The translations under genes and the position numbers were made by a program. Under the pieces are notes generated by a model. It saw nothing but the letters and a program-made list of their open reading frames with translations, was not told where the DNA came from and searched no databases. Shown one piece after another: positions 1 to 10,658 of a DNA stretch of 50,857 nt. The stretch lies in assembly GCA_030266405.1 (NCBI GenBank), contig JAJDHW010000001.1, forward strand, positions 1-50,857. Reading direction: 5' to 3'. Each line of letters starts with the position of its first letter. The stretch's first letter is position 1. The DNA comes from Methanobrevibacter sp. OttesenSCG-928-I08 (GTDB lineage: Archaea; Methanobacteriota; Methanobacteria; Methanobacteriales; Methanobacteriaceae).

Positions 1-1
1 A

Positions 2-130
2 AAATACTATAAAGTCAGCGATAGTACTGGAATAGCTAAATTAGAAATTAATTTAGACCCAGGATCATATATCGCAACAAGCACATGGAACGGATACAGC
101 ACAAGTAATAAGATTACAGTAAAACAATAA
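2..130 (+). CDS. 3' end of an adhesin-like protein (partial, runs off window start)
   Basis: Frame 2 reads KYYKVSDSTGIAKLEINLDPGSYIATSTWNGYSTSNKITVKQ*, closely matching the C-termini of the adhesin-like proteins at 6323-9841 and 28038-32504. Confidence 0.85.
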   Translation, partial: KYYKVSDSTGIAKLEINLDPGSYIATSTWNGYSTSNKITVKQ

Positions 131-584
131 ATCTTATTACATCTTATTTTTTTTTAATTATTAACAAAATTTGCATTTTAAATAACTTTTATTCTAAATA
201 CAAATCTAGAGATTAACAAAAATCAATTAAAAATAGGGATTTCTACAAGGCCTTAATAATGTAATTTTTAGTGAATTTTTTATTAGTTCAAATAATTGGG
301 TTTAATGTAATTATATTGTTATAAATTATACTAAATTTAATAATACTATCATGAAAAAATTTAATATAAATATACAAAGTAATTCAAATAACACGTCTTA
401 AATTTTGTTTTATCAATTTTAAACATATTTTTCACTGAAATTTACTATTAAGTTTTTTAAAATAGTGATTAATAATATGATAAAAAAATAAAGAACTATT
501 TTCATTTAGAAAAGTATTTTATAAGAAAAAATAAAAAATATATTTTGATAATAAATTATCTTTATTATTGTATGAGGTTTGATT

Positions 585-1280
585 ATGAAAAAATATATTA
601 GTGAACTTATAGGAACAATGGTACTTGTTCTTTTTGGATGTGGTAGTGCAGCAATAGCTGGTTCGATTCTTGGAAACTTAGGAATAGCTATGGCTTTTGG
701 TTTATCAATTGTAGCAATGGCTTATATAATAGGTGATATTTCTGGATGCCATATTAATCCAGCAGTATCATTAGGAATGTGGATATCTAAAAGAATAGAT
801 ACTAAAGATTTCGTATTTTATGTTGTTTTCCAGTGTATTGGTGCGATAATTGGAATTGGACTTCTTGCATTTATGATAAATTCTTCAGCATCTCTAGGAG
901 GATATCTTATAACTGGGCTTGGTCAAAATGGATTTGGTGCAGCTTCTAGTGTTGGTCTTAGTATGTGGGGAGCTATTGTTGTTGAAATTATTCTTACATT
1001 TGTATTTGTATTTACAGTACTTGGTGTTACACATGAGAAAAAAACAGAAAGTGTTGCAGGAATCGTTATTGGTTTAACATTAGCATTTGTACATATTATG
1101 GGAATTCCTTTAACTGGAACTTCTGTTAATCCAGCACGTAGTTTAGCTCCAGCTCTTTTCATGGGAGGGCAAGCATTAAGTCAAGTGTGGGTATTTATTG
1201 TAGCTCCTTTAATTGGTGGTGCAATAGCTGCACTTATTTATAAATATTTATATCCTAAAGTAACAGATACTTATGTATAA
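585..1280 (+). CDS. Aquaporin / MIP family channel
   Basis: Two NPA motifs (HINPAVS, SVNPARS) and several hydrophobic helices; GAGG RBS at 574-577 favours ATG 585. Confidence 0.95.
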   Translation: MKKYISELIGTMVLVLFGCGSAAIAGSILGNLGIAMAFGLSIVAMAYIIGDISGCHINPAVSLGMWISKRIDTKDFVFYVVFQCIGAIIGIGLLAFMINSSASLGGYLITGLGQNGFGAASSVGLSMWGAIVVEIILTFVFVFTVLGVTHEKKTESVAGIVIGLTLAFVHIMGIPLTGTSVNPARSLAPALFMGGQALSQVWVFIVAPLIGGAIAALIYKYLYPKVTDTYV

Positions 1281-1294
1281 ATAATTTGTAAAAA

Positions 1295-1332
1295 AATAGC
1301 TAGTTACTTTTTAACTAGTTATTTCTTTTTTT
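1295..1332 (+). terminator. Hairpin plus T-tract downstream of the aquaporin gene
   Basis: AATAGCTAGTTA/TAACTAGTTATT inverted repeat followed by T7. Confidence 0.55.
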
Positions 1333-1430
1333 ATTTGATTTTACGCATTTTAAAAAATTTTAACTAAAAAAAACTAATTTTTAAAAAAAATTTATATTCC
1401 AAGAAAATTAAATATATATAAGATGATTGC

Positions 1431-1967
1431 ATGGTTTTAAAAAGATGTCCACAATGTGGAACAACAACAGAAGACTCTTTTGGGTTCTGTACAAAATGTG
1501 GAAGAGAATTTCCAGAAGAAAATGAAGAAGTTATAAATAATAAATGTCCCAATTGTGGATTTGAAAATATTGAAGGTGCTACAATGTGTGTTAAATGTGG
1601 AACTCCTTTGATATTTAAAGAAACTATTTTTAATTTAGGTAATTTAGAAAAAAATCAAGAATCTAATCCTAAAATAATTCTTCAAAGCGAAATGAGTCAA
1701 AAACCTTCTAAAAATTATAATTTAATTATTATTCTAGGTTATATTTTCTCTATTTTAGGAGGAATCATTGGATTAATTTTAGCTTTATATTTAGTTACAA
1801 GGAAAGATTCTGGAGCTAAAAGACATGGAAGTGTTCAATTAACTATTTTATTATTTTATGCAATAATGATTCTATTGATGTATTTAAATGGTGATTTAAA
1901 TAATGTTTTTGAAACCTACAATCAAATAGCTCAAAATTATACTCAAATGTTTAATAGAACAAATTAA
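1431..1967 (+). CDS. Double zinc-ribbon membrane protein
   Basis: Four CxxC pairs (CPQC/CTKC, CPNC/CVKC) followed by two hydrophobic segments. Confidence 0.8.
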   Translation: MVLKRCPQCGTTTEDSFGFCTKCGREFPEENEEVINNKCPNCGFENIEGATMCVKCGTPLIFKETIFNLGNLEKNQESNPKIILQSEMSQKPSKNYNLIIILGYIFSILGGIIGLILALYLVTRKDSGAKRHGSVQLTILLFYAIMILLMYLNGDLNNVFETYNQIAQNYTQMFNRTN

Positions 1968-2398
1968 TTAATCTTATAAAACATTACAAGTGCTGCTTCA
2001 TTATTTTCATAGTATCCAGGAACTTCTCTATCAACAGTAAAGTCAAATTTTTTGTAAAAATTAATAGCTTTTTCATTATTTACATTTACTTCTAAAGTAA
2101 TAAGATCAATACCTGCATTTTTAAATATTAATATAGCTTTAGTTAATAGTTTACTAGCTACTTCTAAGTTTCTATAATTTTTATCTACAGCTAATGATAT
2201 AATATGGCCTAATCCTTCTTCTTTAATCCAGAAAATTATATATCCAACTACATATTCATTAATTTCACATACTAAAAAGCCAGTTCCAATATCATATAAC
2301 TTTTTAAACATATCAATACCATAAGATTGATTAAAAGACATTAATTCAATATCATGTATTCTTTTTAAATCTTTTGGAAGAAATTCACGAATTTTCAT
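1964..2398 (-). CDS. rimI: RimI/Ard1-type N-terminal protein acetyltransferase (GNAT)
   Basis: GHIISLAVDKNYR, LEVNVNNEKAINFY and GYYENNEAALVM motifs typical of RimI/Ard1. Confidence 0.85.
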   Translation of the reverse strand: MKIREFLPKDLKRIHDIELMSFNQSYGIDMFKKLYDIGTGFLVCEINEYVVGYIIFWIKEEGLGHIISLAVDKNYRNLEVASKLLTKAILIFKNAGIDLITLEVNVNNEKAINFYKKFDFTVDREVPGYYENNEAALVMFYKIN

Positions 2399-2486
2399 TT
2401 TATCTATTATTAATATTGTTAGAAAAATTATATAAACTTTAAAAACAAATATAGTATAGTTTTTTTTAAAAAAATGAGGAATTCCA

Positions 2487-2882
2487 ATGTGGGAATGCTT
2501 AGGCGAATTTATATCTAATTTTAAGGAAGATGAACCTTTAAAAGTAGCTGAAATAGCTATTGGGAAATTTGAAGATGTTTATAATTATCTTAATAAAGAA
2601 AAAGATATAGATATTATAAAAACAGATATTCAACCAAATAATAAAACTACAATAAAAGATGATATTAGTAATCCTAATATGAATTTATATAAAAATATAG
2701 ATATATTATATTCAATTCGTCCACCTTATGAAATTCAACCTTATTTAATGAATTTAAGAGATAAAACTAATTCAATTCTAATAATAAAACCATTATTCAA
2801 CGAAGATTTAAATATTGGGGAAAATAAAATGAAACTTAAAAATTATAAAGGAATAAGCTTTTATATTTATGGAGACATTTAA
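2487..2882 (+). CDS. UPF0146 family protein
   Basis: EIAIG, TDI, DDISNP..LY and YSIRPPYE motifs typical of archaeal UPF0146. Confidence 0.8.
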   Translation: MWECLGEFISNFKEDEPLKVAEIAIGKFEDVYNYLNKEKDIDIIKTDIQPNNKTTIKDDISNPNMNLYKNIDILYSIRPPYEIQPYLMNLRDKTNSILIIKPLFNEDLNIGENKMKLKNYKGISFYIYGDI

Positions 2883-5431
2883 TGACATCAATTAGTGAGA
2901 TTTTATCAAAATATAATACTTCTTTAGAGGGACTTTCAACAATTGAAGTTGAAAAAAGAAGAGAAGAATATGGAGATAATGAACTTAAAGAAGAAAAGAA
3001 AAAAAGTCCAATTGTGTTATTTTTAATGCAATTTGTAGATATTTTAATAATTTTACTTATTATTGCAGCTATTGCAGCATATTTTGTTGGTGATTTAATA
3101 GATGCTATTGTAATTTTAATTGTAGTAACAATAAATGCAGTAGTTGGATTTGTTCAAGAATATCGTGCAGAAAAAGCTATGGAAAAACTTAAAAGTTTAG
3201 TATCTACAGAAGCTGTTGTAAAAAGGAATGGTGAACTTGTTAAAGTACCTGGAAATGAATTAACTGTTGGAGATATTGTTGCAATAGAAGAAGGAGATAA
3301 AATTCCTGCAGATTTATTATTAATAGAAGTAAATGAGTTAAGAGTTGATGAATCTGCATTAACTGGTGAATCTCGACCAGTTAGTAAAAATATAGATTAT
3401 GAAAATGTTGGTTTAAATGATGTAAATAAATCAAATCCTCCTGAAGAATTAAAGTCAAAAATAGCATATATGGATTCCGCTGTTGTATCTGGTCGTGGAG
3501 TAGGTGTTGTTGTTGCAATTGGAATGGAAACATCTATTGGAAAAATAGCTGAAATGATTCAAGGAGAAGATACAGAAACACCTTTACAGATAAAAGTAAA
3601 TTCATTAGGGAAAACATTAGGATTAATAGCTGTTATTGTTTGTGTAGCAGTATTTATATTAGAATTTCAAAGAGGTGTTCCTCTTGTTGAAACATTTATG
3701 ACTGCAGTTTCACTTGCTGTTGCAGCAGTTCCAGAAGGACTTCCTGCAGTTTTAACTTTAACATTAGCTTTAGGTATGCAACAAATGGCTAAATCTAATG
3801 CAATTGTTAGAAAATTACTAGCTGTTGAAACTTTAGGTTCATGTAGTGTTGTATGTACTGATAAAACAGGAACATTAACAAAAAATAAAATGACTGTAAG
3901 AGAAGATGAATTAATTAATAAAGAAAAAGCTTTAACAGTATGTGGTTTATGTACTAATTCATCAATTAAAGATGGAAAAGAAATTGGAGATCCAACTGAT
4001 GTAGCTATTATGGTATTTGGAGAAAATAATGGATACATCAAATCAGATTTAGAAAAAAAATATCCTCGTATAAAAGAAATTCCATTAGATAGTACAAGAA
4101 AAAGAATGACTACAATCCATCAAAATGAATCTGAATTATTATGTATTACAAAAGGAGCTCCTGAAATTTTACTTGATATGTGTAAATATGTTGATAATGA
4201 AGGAAATATTCAAGTAATTGATGATGCAATTAAGAAAAATATTGAAAATAAAATCAAATCAATGACTAACTCTGCTTTAAGAGTTATTGGACTTGCATAT
4301 AAAAATATGGATCCAACTGACAATATAGATGATTTAAATCCAGAAGATATTGAAAAAGATTTAACATTTGTTGGAATGGTTGGAATGATTGACCCTCCAC
4401 GTCAAGAAGCTAAAATAGCTGTTGAAGACTGTAAAAAAGCTGGAATAAAAGTTATAATGATTACTGGAGATCATCAAGAAACAGCTGCAGCTATTGGGCG
4501 AGAAATTGGAATATTAACAAATGGTAAAGTCATAACTGGAGAAGAATTAGAAAGTTTAACTGAAGAAGAGTATTTAAAAATAGTTGATGATATTCAAATT
4601 TATGCAAGAGTATATCCTGAACAGAAAATGCGTATTGTTCAAACATTACAAGATCAAGGAAATATTGTTTCAATGACTGGAGATGGTGTAAATGATGCCC
4701 CTGCTCTTAAAAAAGCTTCAATAGGAGTTGCTATGGGAAGTGGAACAGACGTAGCTAAAGAATCTTCAGACATGGTAATTCAAGATGATAATTTTGCAAC
4801 AATAATAAAAGCTATTGCAGAAGGACGTAAAATATTTGATAATATTAAAAGATTTGTAAAATTCCAAGTATCTACTAATGTTGGAGCTATTTTAACTATA
4901 GTTGGAGCTTCTTTAATAAGTTTACCTATACCATTTAATCCAATCCAAATTCTTTGGATAAATATTATAATGGATGGTCCTCCAGCACAATCTTTAGGAA
5001 TGGAAGGTCCTGAAGATAATCTTATGACTAGAAAACCTGAAAATGGAGATATTTTAAATAAGAATATATTAACTAAAATAGTTGTAGCTGGAATAGTTAT
5101 GGCAGTTGGAACACTTGCAGTATTTGTTTATAAATTAAATACAGCAAATGAAATTGAAGCTATGAGTGTTGCATTTACTTTATTTGTTGTATATCAGCTA
5201 TTTAATGCATATAATAATAGATCCCAATCAAAAGTTAAAAATAAATTCTTTAGTATTTCAATAGCTGCATCATTTATATTACAGTTATTTGTCCTTTATA
5301 TACCATACTTACAAGGAATATTTAGAACAACTGGAATTGGTATATATGATTGGATCTTAATATTTGTTGTTGCATTAACAATATTAGTATCTGAGAGAAT
5401 AATGAATAAATTATTACCTCAAAACACATAA
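2882..5431 (+). CDS. P-type IIA (Ca2+-type) cation-transporting ATPase
   Basis: DESALTGES, PEGL, DKTGT phosphorylation site, KGAPE, TGD and GDGVNDAPAL motifs. Confidence 0.95.
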   Translation: MTSISEILSKYNTSLEGLSTIEVEKRREEYGDNELKEEKKKSPIVLFLMQFVDILIILLIIAAIAAYFVGDLIDAIVILIVVTINAVVGFVQEYRAEKAMEKLKSLVSTEAVVKRNGELVKVPGNELTVGDIVAIEEGDKIPADLLLIEVNELRVDESALTGESRPVSKNIDYENVGLNDVNKSNPPEELKSKIAYMDSAVVSGRGVGVVVAIGMETSIGKIAEMIQGEDTETPLQIKVNSLGKTLGLIAVIVCVAVFILEFQRGVPLVETFMTAVSLAVAAVPEGLPAVLTLTLALGMQQMAKSNAIVRKLLAVETLGSCSVVCTDKTGTLTKNKMTVREDELINKEKALTVCGLCTNSSIKDGKEIGDPTDVAIMVFGENNGYIKSDLEKKYPRIKEIPLDSTRKRMTTIHQNESELLCITKGAPEILLDMCKYVDNEGNIQVIDDAIKKNIENKIKSMTNSALRVIGLAYKNMDPTDNIDDLNPEDIEKDLTFVGMVGMIDPPRQEAKIAVEDCKKAGIKVIMITGDHQETAAAIGREIGILTNGKVITGEELESLTEEEYLKIVDDIQIYARVYPEQKMRIVQTLQDQGNIVSMTGDGVNDAPALKKASIGVAMGSGTDVAKESSDMVIQDDNFATIIKAIAEGRKIFDNIKRFVKFQVSTNVGAILTIVGASLISLPIPFNPIQILWINIIMDGPPAQSLGMEGPEDNLMTRKPENGDILNKNILTKIVVAGIVMAVGTLAVFVYKLNTANEIEAMSVAFTLFVVYQLFNAYNNRSQSKVKNKFFSISIAASFILQLFVLYIPYLQGIFRTTGIGIYDWILIFVVALTILVSERIMNKLLPQNT

Positions 5432-5440
5432 GGTAGTTTT

Positions 5441-6244
5441 ATGAAACAATTAAGAGTCTTCTTAATGGGAGGAACAAAAGATTCAATAGACATTATAAAA
5501 TTTCTTAAAAAGGAATATGATGTTTATATTTTAACAACTACAACAACAGAATATGGTTCCACACTTGCTATTAAAGGAGGAAGTGATAGTGTAATAGCTA
5601 ATCCTCTTCCAAAAGAAGATATTTTAAAAATTTTAACTGAAAAAAACTTTGATATATTTATTGATGCAACACATCCCTTTGCAGAACATGTAACACAAAC
5701 AGCTATTGAATGTGCAAAAATTATGAAAATTCCTTATATTCGTTTTGAGCGACCTACATCAAACTTTGAAAATTCACTTAATGAAAAGATACATCTTGTA
5801 ATTTCATTTGACGATGCAGGAAAATTAATATCTAAAAAATGGAATGAAGATAATGTATTGCATCTTGCAGGAGCTAATACTTTAAAAGATATCTTAAAAT
5901 CAATTCCTCCAGAAAAAATTTATCCTAGAATTTTAAATTTAGAAAATTCTATAAAAAAGTGTGATGAATTAAAAATTCCAAAAGAAAATATCATAATATT
6001 AAATGGAGTTTCAACAAAAGAAGAAAATATAAATTTAATAAAAAAAATCAATGCTAAAGTGATTATAAGTAAAGATAGTGGGGAAGTTGGAGGAGTTCCA
6101 GCAAAAATAGAAGCTGCAAATGAACTTGGAATTGATATAATAATAATTAAAAGACCAAAAATTGATTCACTCCAAAAAGAAAATATTGTAAACAATTTAA
6201 CTGATTTAAATTTAAAAATTCAAAAATATTTATGTGAAAATTAG
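5441..6244 (+). CDS. cbiJ: Precorrin-6x / cobalt-precorrin-6A reductase
   Basis: MGGT, DATHPFA, YIRFERP and SKDSG..GG motifs of CbiJ/CobK. Confidence 0.92.
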   Translation: MKQLRVFLMGGTKDSIDIIKFLKKEYDVYILTTTTTEYGSTLAIKGGSDSVIANPLPKEDILKILTEKNFDIFIDATHPFAEHVTQTAIECAKIMKIPYIRFERPTSNFENSLNEKIHLVISFDDAGKLISKKWNEDNVLHLAGANTLKDILKSIPPEKIYPRILNLENSIKKCDELKIPKENIIILNGVSTKEENINLIKKINAKVIISKDSGEVGGVPAKIEAANELGIDIIIIKRPKIDSLQKENIVNNLTDLNLKIQKYLCEN

Positions 6245-6257
6245 AAAAAAAGAAAAT

Positions 6258-6316
6258 AATATGGTTTAATTAAAAAAAACTGATTTTTATATATTTTTAA
6301 TATATTAAACCATATT
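6258..6316. terminator. 13-bp inverted repeat between convergent genes
   Basis: AATATGGTTTAAT (6258-6270) / ATTAAACCATATT (6304-6316). Confidence 0.45.
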
Positions 6317-6322
6317 TTAATT

Positions 6323-9300
6323 TTATATTACATTTACTTTGTTTGTTGTTGTGTATCCATTCCATGTTGCATATGCAATATAGCTATTTGGATTAAGATT
6401 TATATCTAATCTAGCTATTCCATCATTATCTGTCATTTTAATATAATTTACACCATTTATATTAATTGTTACATTTTCTTTTGCTAATCCTTTCCCTTTT
6501 CCATCATATACTTTTACTAAATATTGTGCTGATTCTATAAATGTTTTATTTAAATCTTCACCTACTAATGTAGCTATAACCGTGATTTTATTGAATAGTG
6601 TTAATCCATTTGATCCAATAGTTTCCACTACATACTCCCCAGGATATAAATTAATATTTAAAGTAGCAATTCCTACACTGTTAGTAGTTTTAGTATAAGT
6701 TTTACCATTAATTTTAATAGTAACATTAGTATTATTATAAAGATTACCCTCATCATCTAAAACTTTAACATTGAAAGCAGACCCATTAAGATAATACTTA
6801 GTTAAATCATTAGCAAATAATGTAGTTAATACACGGACATTGAAAGATCTTTCATAACTAGTATTTGTATTAATAAGTTTAATACTATAATTTCCAGGGA
6901 ACAAATTAATATTTAAAGTAGCATAACCTTCCCTATCCGTAGTTTTATTGTATGTAACTCCATTAATAATAAATTGCATAGTCTGATTATCCAGAGGATT
7001 ACCATCATCATCTAAAAACCTAGCAGTAAATTGAGAGCCATTAAGATAATATTTAACTAAATCATCGCCCAAAATACTCAAACCCACAGTATAAACCTTC
7101 AAAGAAATAATACCAGTAATATTATGCATTTGTTCCTTATAATTTCCTTCGAAAATTTTATTATATGCATCTTCCCAATTAATACCATCACCACTGACAA
7201 ACGAAGTATTAGCTTGTGGATGAACTCTACTTATAATTGAAAGTGGTACTTGATTTGATTTCATTACCACTTTAAAAATATCACCTTCCTTTATTGGAAT
7301 ATATTCATTTAACTGAATAGTATGATAACCACCAAAAGGAGTAATACCACTTTGATTATAAACAAAGATATCATTAACATAAATTTCCAAATAATAATCA
7401 ATACCTTCAGTCTCAAAGTAAGTTCCAACAGCAGCAATCAAATCATCACTTTCAGAAACAAACTGATTAGCATAAATAGTATAATTAGGAACATATGCTA
7501 TTTCTCCAGATAAATCATATTGGTAATTTTTATTATAAATTACATCATTTTCAAAAATAAAACCTGCAACTTTATATATTGAAGCATCATAATAAGAAAG
7601 ATAGAAATAACCATCATCTCCAGCATTAGTTCCCCAGCTATTTTTAAAAATAAAAGCACCATTACCAGGAGGTGTAATTAAAAAATTATCTTTACTAAAA
7701 TTATCATTCCAACCAACAATAGCAACAGAATGATTAGGCCCCCTTGTTTCATTAGAATATTGAGCGCTTGAATTACTATTATAATAAGGAGGAATTTGAT
7801 ATGCATAATAACTAAGTTCTAATGCCCCATATTTAATAATGGCATCTTTAATTGCATAAATAAAATCATCTCTATCACCTAAATTTTTAGAATGCAATAT
7901 AATTACATCTTGAACTTGTACCTGATTATAATACAAAGGAGATATTTTACCTAATTCATCATAGCTTTCATACTCAATAGAAAGTCCACCTAACCAGCTT
8001 ACAAGATAATTAACCCCGGTATAAAGACCTCCACCTTCAGGAGCATTAATCATTCCATATATTGAGTATTGTAACATTGTATTTTGCATATTACTTTGTG
8101 AAAAACTATATTCAACACCAGTAGCTTTTAATAAAGCAGATTCAAGAGCACTACTAGTCCCAAATGTCCAACAAGCACCAATACCTCCTTGATTTTTAAC
8201 TGGTGTTACCCAACCAAAGTCACGTAAATCAAATTTAGATGGAAAATTAGAAAGAATAATTGAATTGTTAATAAATTCTATATTAACACCTTCACTATCA
8301 AAAAAACTAATATAATGAGTATTGTTTGTAGAAACAGTATCATTATTAAAATTATTATTCACAAGAGAAATATTCAAATCAAACTCACTATATAAAGCAT
8401 CCCCATAATCTGCTTGATTGTTATCAAATATATTATTATTTATTACTAATGGATTTGCATCATAAGAGTAAATAGCTCCACCAAACATTGCAAAATTATC
8501 TATAAAAACAGATCCTGAAATATTATTATTCGAATGATCTAAGAATAACGCGCCTCCTCTAGATGAAAAAGGATCTACATCTTCTGCTTTATTTGAAGTG
8601 AAATTAGATTTTACAATGATAACATTAGCCCATGAAGTATAAACAGCACCACCATTATCTGTAGCAGCATTATATTCAAATAAAGAATTATTAATAGTTA
8701 AATTACCTAACAAAAAGACTATTGCGCCTCCAAAACCAGAAGAACAATTCAAAAAACTAGAATCATAAATAGCTAAATTATTGAAATGTCCTTTTTGATT
8801 TAATGCATTATAATCTGCAAAAATTGCTCCTGCATTTTTTATAGAACTAGTATTTAAAAAAGTAGAATTACTAATAATTACTTCTCTATTACCTTTTAAA
8901 CCAATAGCACCAGCAGTTTCAGTAGCACTAATATTAATAAAATTAGAATTATAAACTTTTAGAAGACCATCAGTACTATGAATAGCTCCAGAATATTTAG
9001 CAGAACCATTTACAAAAACAGAACCATTTACAAAAATATTTCCTCCACTATTATATATTGATCCACCAAAAGTACCAGCAGAATTATCAACAAAATAGGT
9101 ATCATTAATATTTATTGTATCAACATTAACAATTACACCACCCATTTCTCTAGCACTATTATTGTTTAAATAACTACCAGTAATAGTCAACATACCCTGA
9201 TTAAGAATTGCACCACCATTTTTTATAGCGTTATTATTGTTTAAATAGCTATCAGTAATAGTCAACATACCCACATTAACAATAGCACCACCATTTTCTG

Positions 9301-9841
9301 TAGCACTATTATTGTTTAAATAACTACTAGTAATAGTCAACATACCCACATTAACAATAGCACCACCCATACCTGTAACATTATTATTCTTTAAATGACT
9401 ACCAGTAATAGTTAACATACCCATATTTAAGATTGATCCTCCTCCAATAGAGCTATATCCGTTTTGTAGTGTTATATTTTCAAGTATTAAATTACCATTT
9501 TTTGATATATCAAAAATTCTTACAGTATTTGCTCCATCTATTATTCCATTTACTATAGTTACATTTTTATCTATTGGTATACCTTCTTCATAAAGTCCTG
9601 TATCATTCCACATGACAATATCATCATTTAAATCAATATAAGAATCACCAGGACGTATATTGATATGAGCATATAGCCCGTGGAAATTATAAATTATTTC
9701 TGCATTAGGTTCAATGATAATTCCTGCATCTATTGATTCTGCTGTATTTATATCTTGTGATACATTTTCAGCAGAAACCAAATTTACAGAACAAATTATT
9801 ATCAAAAAAACAAAAAATGTTCTCAAAAATTTATTTTCCAT
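6323..9841 (-). CDS. Adhesin-like protein with beta-helix repeats, papain-family (C1A) cysteine protease, lectin-like and Ig-like domains
   Basis: Signal peptide ending VSA; GGAI repeats; PSKFDLR..VTPVKNQGGIGACWTF (Cys), NHSVAIVGW (His), KNSWG (Asn); C-terminal INL.PG.Y repeats. Confidence 0.9.
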   Translation of the reverse strand: MENKFLRTFFVFLIIICSVNLVSAENVSQDINTAESIDAGIIIEPNAEIIYNFHGLYAHINIRPGDSYIDLNDDIVMWNDTGLYEEGIPIDKNVTIVNGIIDGANTVRIFDISKNGNLILENITLQNGYSSIGGGSILNMGMLTITGSHLKNNNVTGMGGAIVNVGMLTITSSYLNNNSATENGGAIVNVGMLTITDSYLNNNNAIKNGGAILNQGMLTITGSYLNNNSAREMGGVIVNVDTININDTYFVDNSAGTFGGSIYNSGGNIFVNGSVFVNGSAKYSGAIHSTDGLLKVYNSNFINISATETAGAIGLKGNREVIISNSTFLNTSSIKNAGAIFADYNALNQKGHFNNLAIYDSSFLNCSSGFGGAIVFLLGNLTINNSLFEYNAATDNGGAVYTSWANVIIVKSNFTSNKAEDVDPFSSRGGALFLDHSNNNISGSVFIDNFAMFGGAIYSYDANPLVINNNIFDNNQADYGDALYSEFDLNISLVNNNFNNDTVSTNNTHYISFFDSEGVNIEFINNSIILSNFPSKFDLRDFGWVTPVKNQGGIGACWTFGTSSALESALLKATGVEYSFSQSNMQNTMLQYSIYGMINAPEGGGLYTGVNYLVSWLGGLSIEYESYDELGKISPLYYNQVQVQDVIILHSKNLGDRDDFIYAIKDAIIKYGALELSYYAYQIPPYYNSNSSAQYSNETRGPNHSVAIVGWNDNFSKDNFLITPPGNGAFIFKNSWGTNAGDDGYFYLSYYDASIYKVAGFIFENDVIYNKNYQYDLSGEIAYVPNYTIYANQFVSESDDLIAAVGTYFETEGIDYYLEIYVNDIFVYNQSGITPFGGYHTIQLNEYIPIKEGDIFKVVMKSNQVPLSIISRVHPQANTSFVSGDGINWEDAYNKIFEGNYKEQMHNITGIISLKVYTVGLSILGDDLVKYYLNGSQFTARFLDDDGNPLDNQTMQFIINGVTYNKTTDREGYATLNINLFPGNYSIKLINTNTSYERSFNVRVLTTLFANDLTKYYLNGSAFNVKVLDDEGNLYNNTNVTIKINGKTYTKTTNSVGIATLNINLYPGEYVVETIGSNGLTLFNKITVIATLVGEDLNKTFIESAQYLVKVYDGKGKGLAKENVTININGVNYIKMTDNDGIARLDINLNPNSYIAYATWNGYTTTNKVNVI
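9125..9425 (-). repeat. 75-bp (25-aa) tandem repeat, about 4 copies, inside the adhesin-like protein
   Basis: TAATAGT(C/T)AACATACC recurs at 9181, 9256, 9331 and 9406; unit GMLTITxSYLNNNxAxxxGGAIVNV. Confidence 0.9.
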
Positions 9842-9988
9842 AAACTGAATCTCCCTACTATTTATTAAATCATTATCAAATAATATTCTGAGAATAATAA
9901 TATAAATATATTGTTATTTATTTCTTATAATAAAAAATGAACAAAAAACCAATCTTATATTAAAAAATAAAACATTTCATTTAAAAAA

Positions 9989-10090
9989 AAATAAAAAAAG
10001 TAATTAAAAACTAGGAAAAATAAATAGAAAAAATAAATAAAAAAAGTAATTAAAAACTAGTAAAAATAAATAGAAAAAATAAATAAAAAA
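9989..10090. repeat. 46-bp tandem duplication downstream of tRNA-Ser
   Basis: AAATAAAAAAAGTAATTAAAAACTAG(G/T)AAAAATAAATAGAAAAAAT at 9989-10034 and 10035-10080, one mismatch, plus a partial third copy. Confidence 0.85.
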
Positions 10091-10104
10091 ATAATAATAA
10101 TTGA

Positions 10105-10189
10105 CGCCGAGACTGGGATTTGAACCCAGGAGGAGGAGATCTCCACAGGATTTCAAGTCCTGCGCCTTACCAGACTAGACTATCTCGGC
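10105..10189 (-). tRNA. tRNA-Ser(TGA)
   Basis: GCCGAGA acceptor stem, CAGGA-CT-TGA-AA-TCCTG anticodon arm, long variable arm, GGTTCAAATCC T-arm; CCA not encoded. Confidence 0.97.
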
Positions 10190-10261
10190 AATATAAGAAA
10201 TTTAAAACATGAAATAAATTTAGAATAAATCTAAATAATTTCAGATTAAATTTAAGATAAA

Positions 10262-10570
10262 TTAACTTTTAAGTTCTATTTCAATACTAACATTGTCTGG
10301 AACATTTACTTTCATAACTTGTCTCATAGCACGTTCATCAGCACCGATGCCTACTAAACGTTTATGAATTCTAAGTTCCCATTTTTCCCAAGAAGCTTTT
10401 CCTTCACCATCTGGTGATTTTCTTGTAGGAACAACTAATTTTTTAGTTGGTAATGGGATAGGTCCAGATAAGTCTACGCCAGTTCTCTCAGCTATTTTTT
10501 TAAGCTGATCGCATACATAAGCAAGTTTTTCTGGGTCTGTTCCTGTGAGTTTTATTCTCGCTTGGTTCAT
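10262..10570 (-). CDS. rpsJ: 30S ribosomal protein S10 (uS10)
   Basis: SGPIPLPT and [16 protein letters not shown]; RBS spacing favours the second ATG (10570). Confidence 0.97.
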   Translation of the reverse strand: MNQARIKLTGTDPEKLAYVCDQLKKIAERTGVDLSGPIPLPTKKLVVPTRKSPDGEGKASWEKWELRIHKRLVGIGADERAMRQVMKVNVPDNVSIEIELKS

Positions 10571-10658
10571 TTTCATCCTCCGAAAAATAAAAAAGATTAA
10601 ACCTAAATATAAAAAAGGAAAATATGATAAATCATATTTATCCTAATCAATTCTCCAT

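Noticed and set aside
131-578. 450-bp intergenic region upstream of the aquaporin gene
   Set aside because: Extremely AT-rich; I found no supportable ORF, repeat or structure.
9989-10090. Possible CRISPR array
   Set aside because: Units are directly adjacent with no unique spacers, and there are no cas genes in the window.
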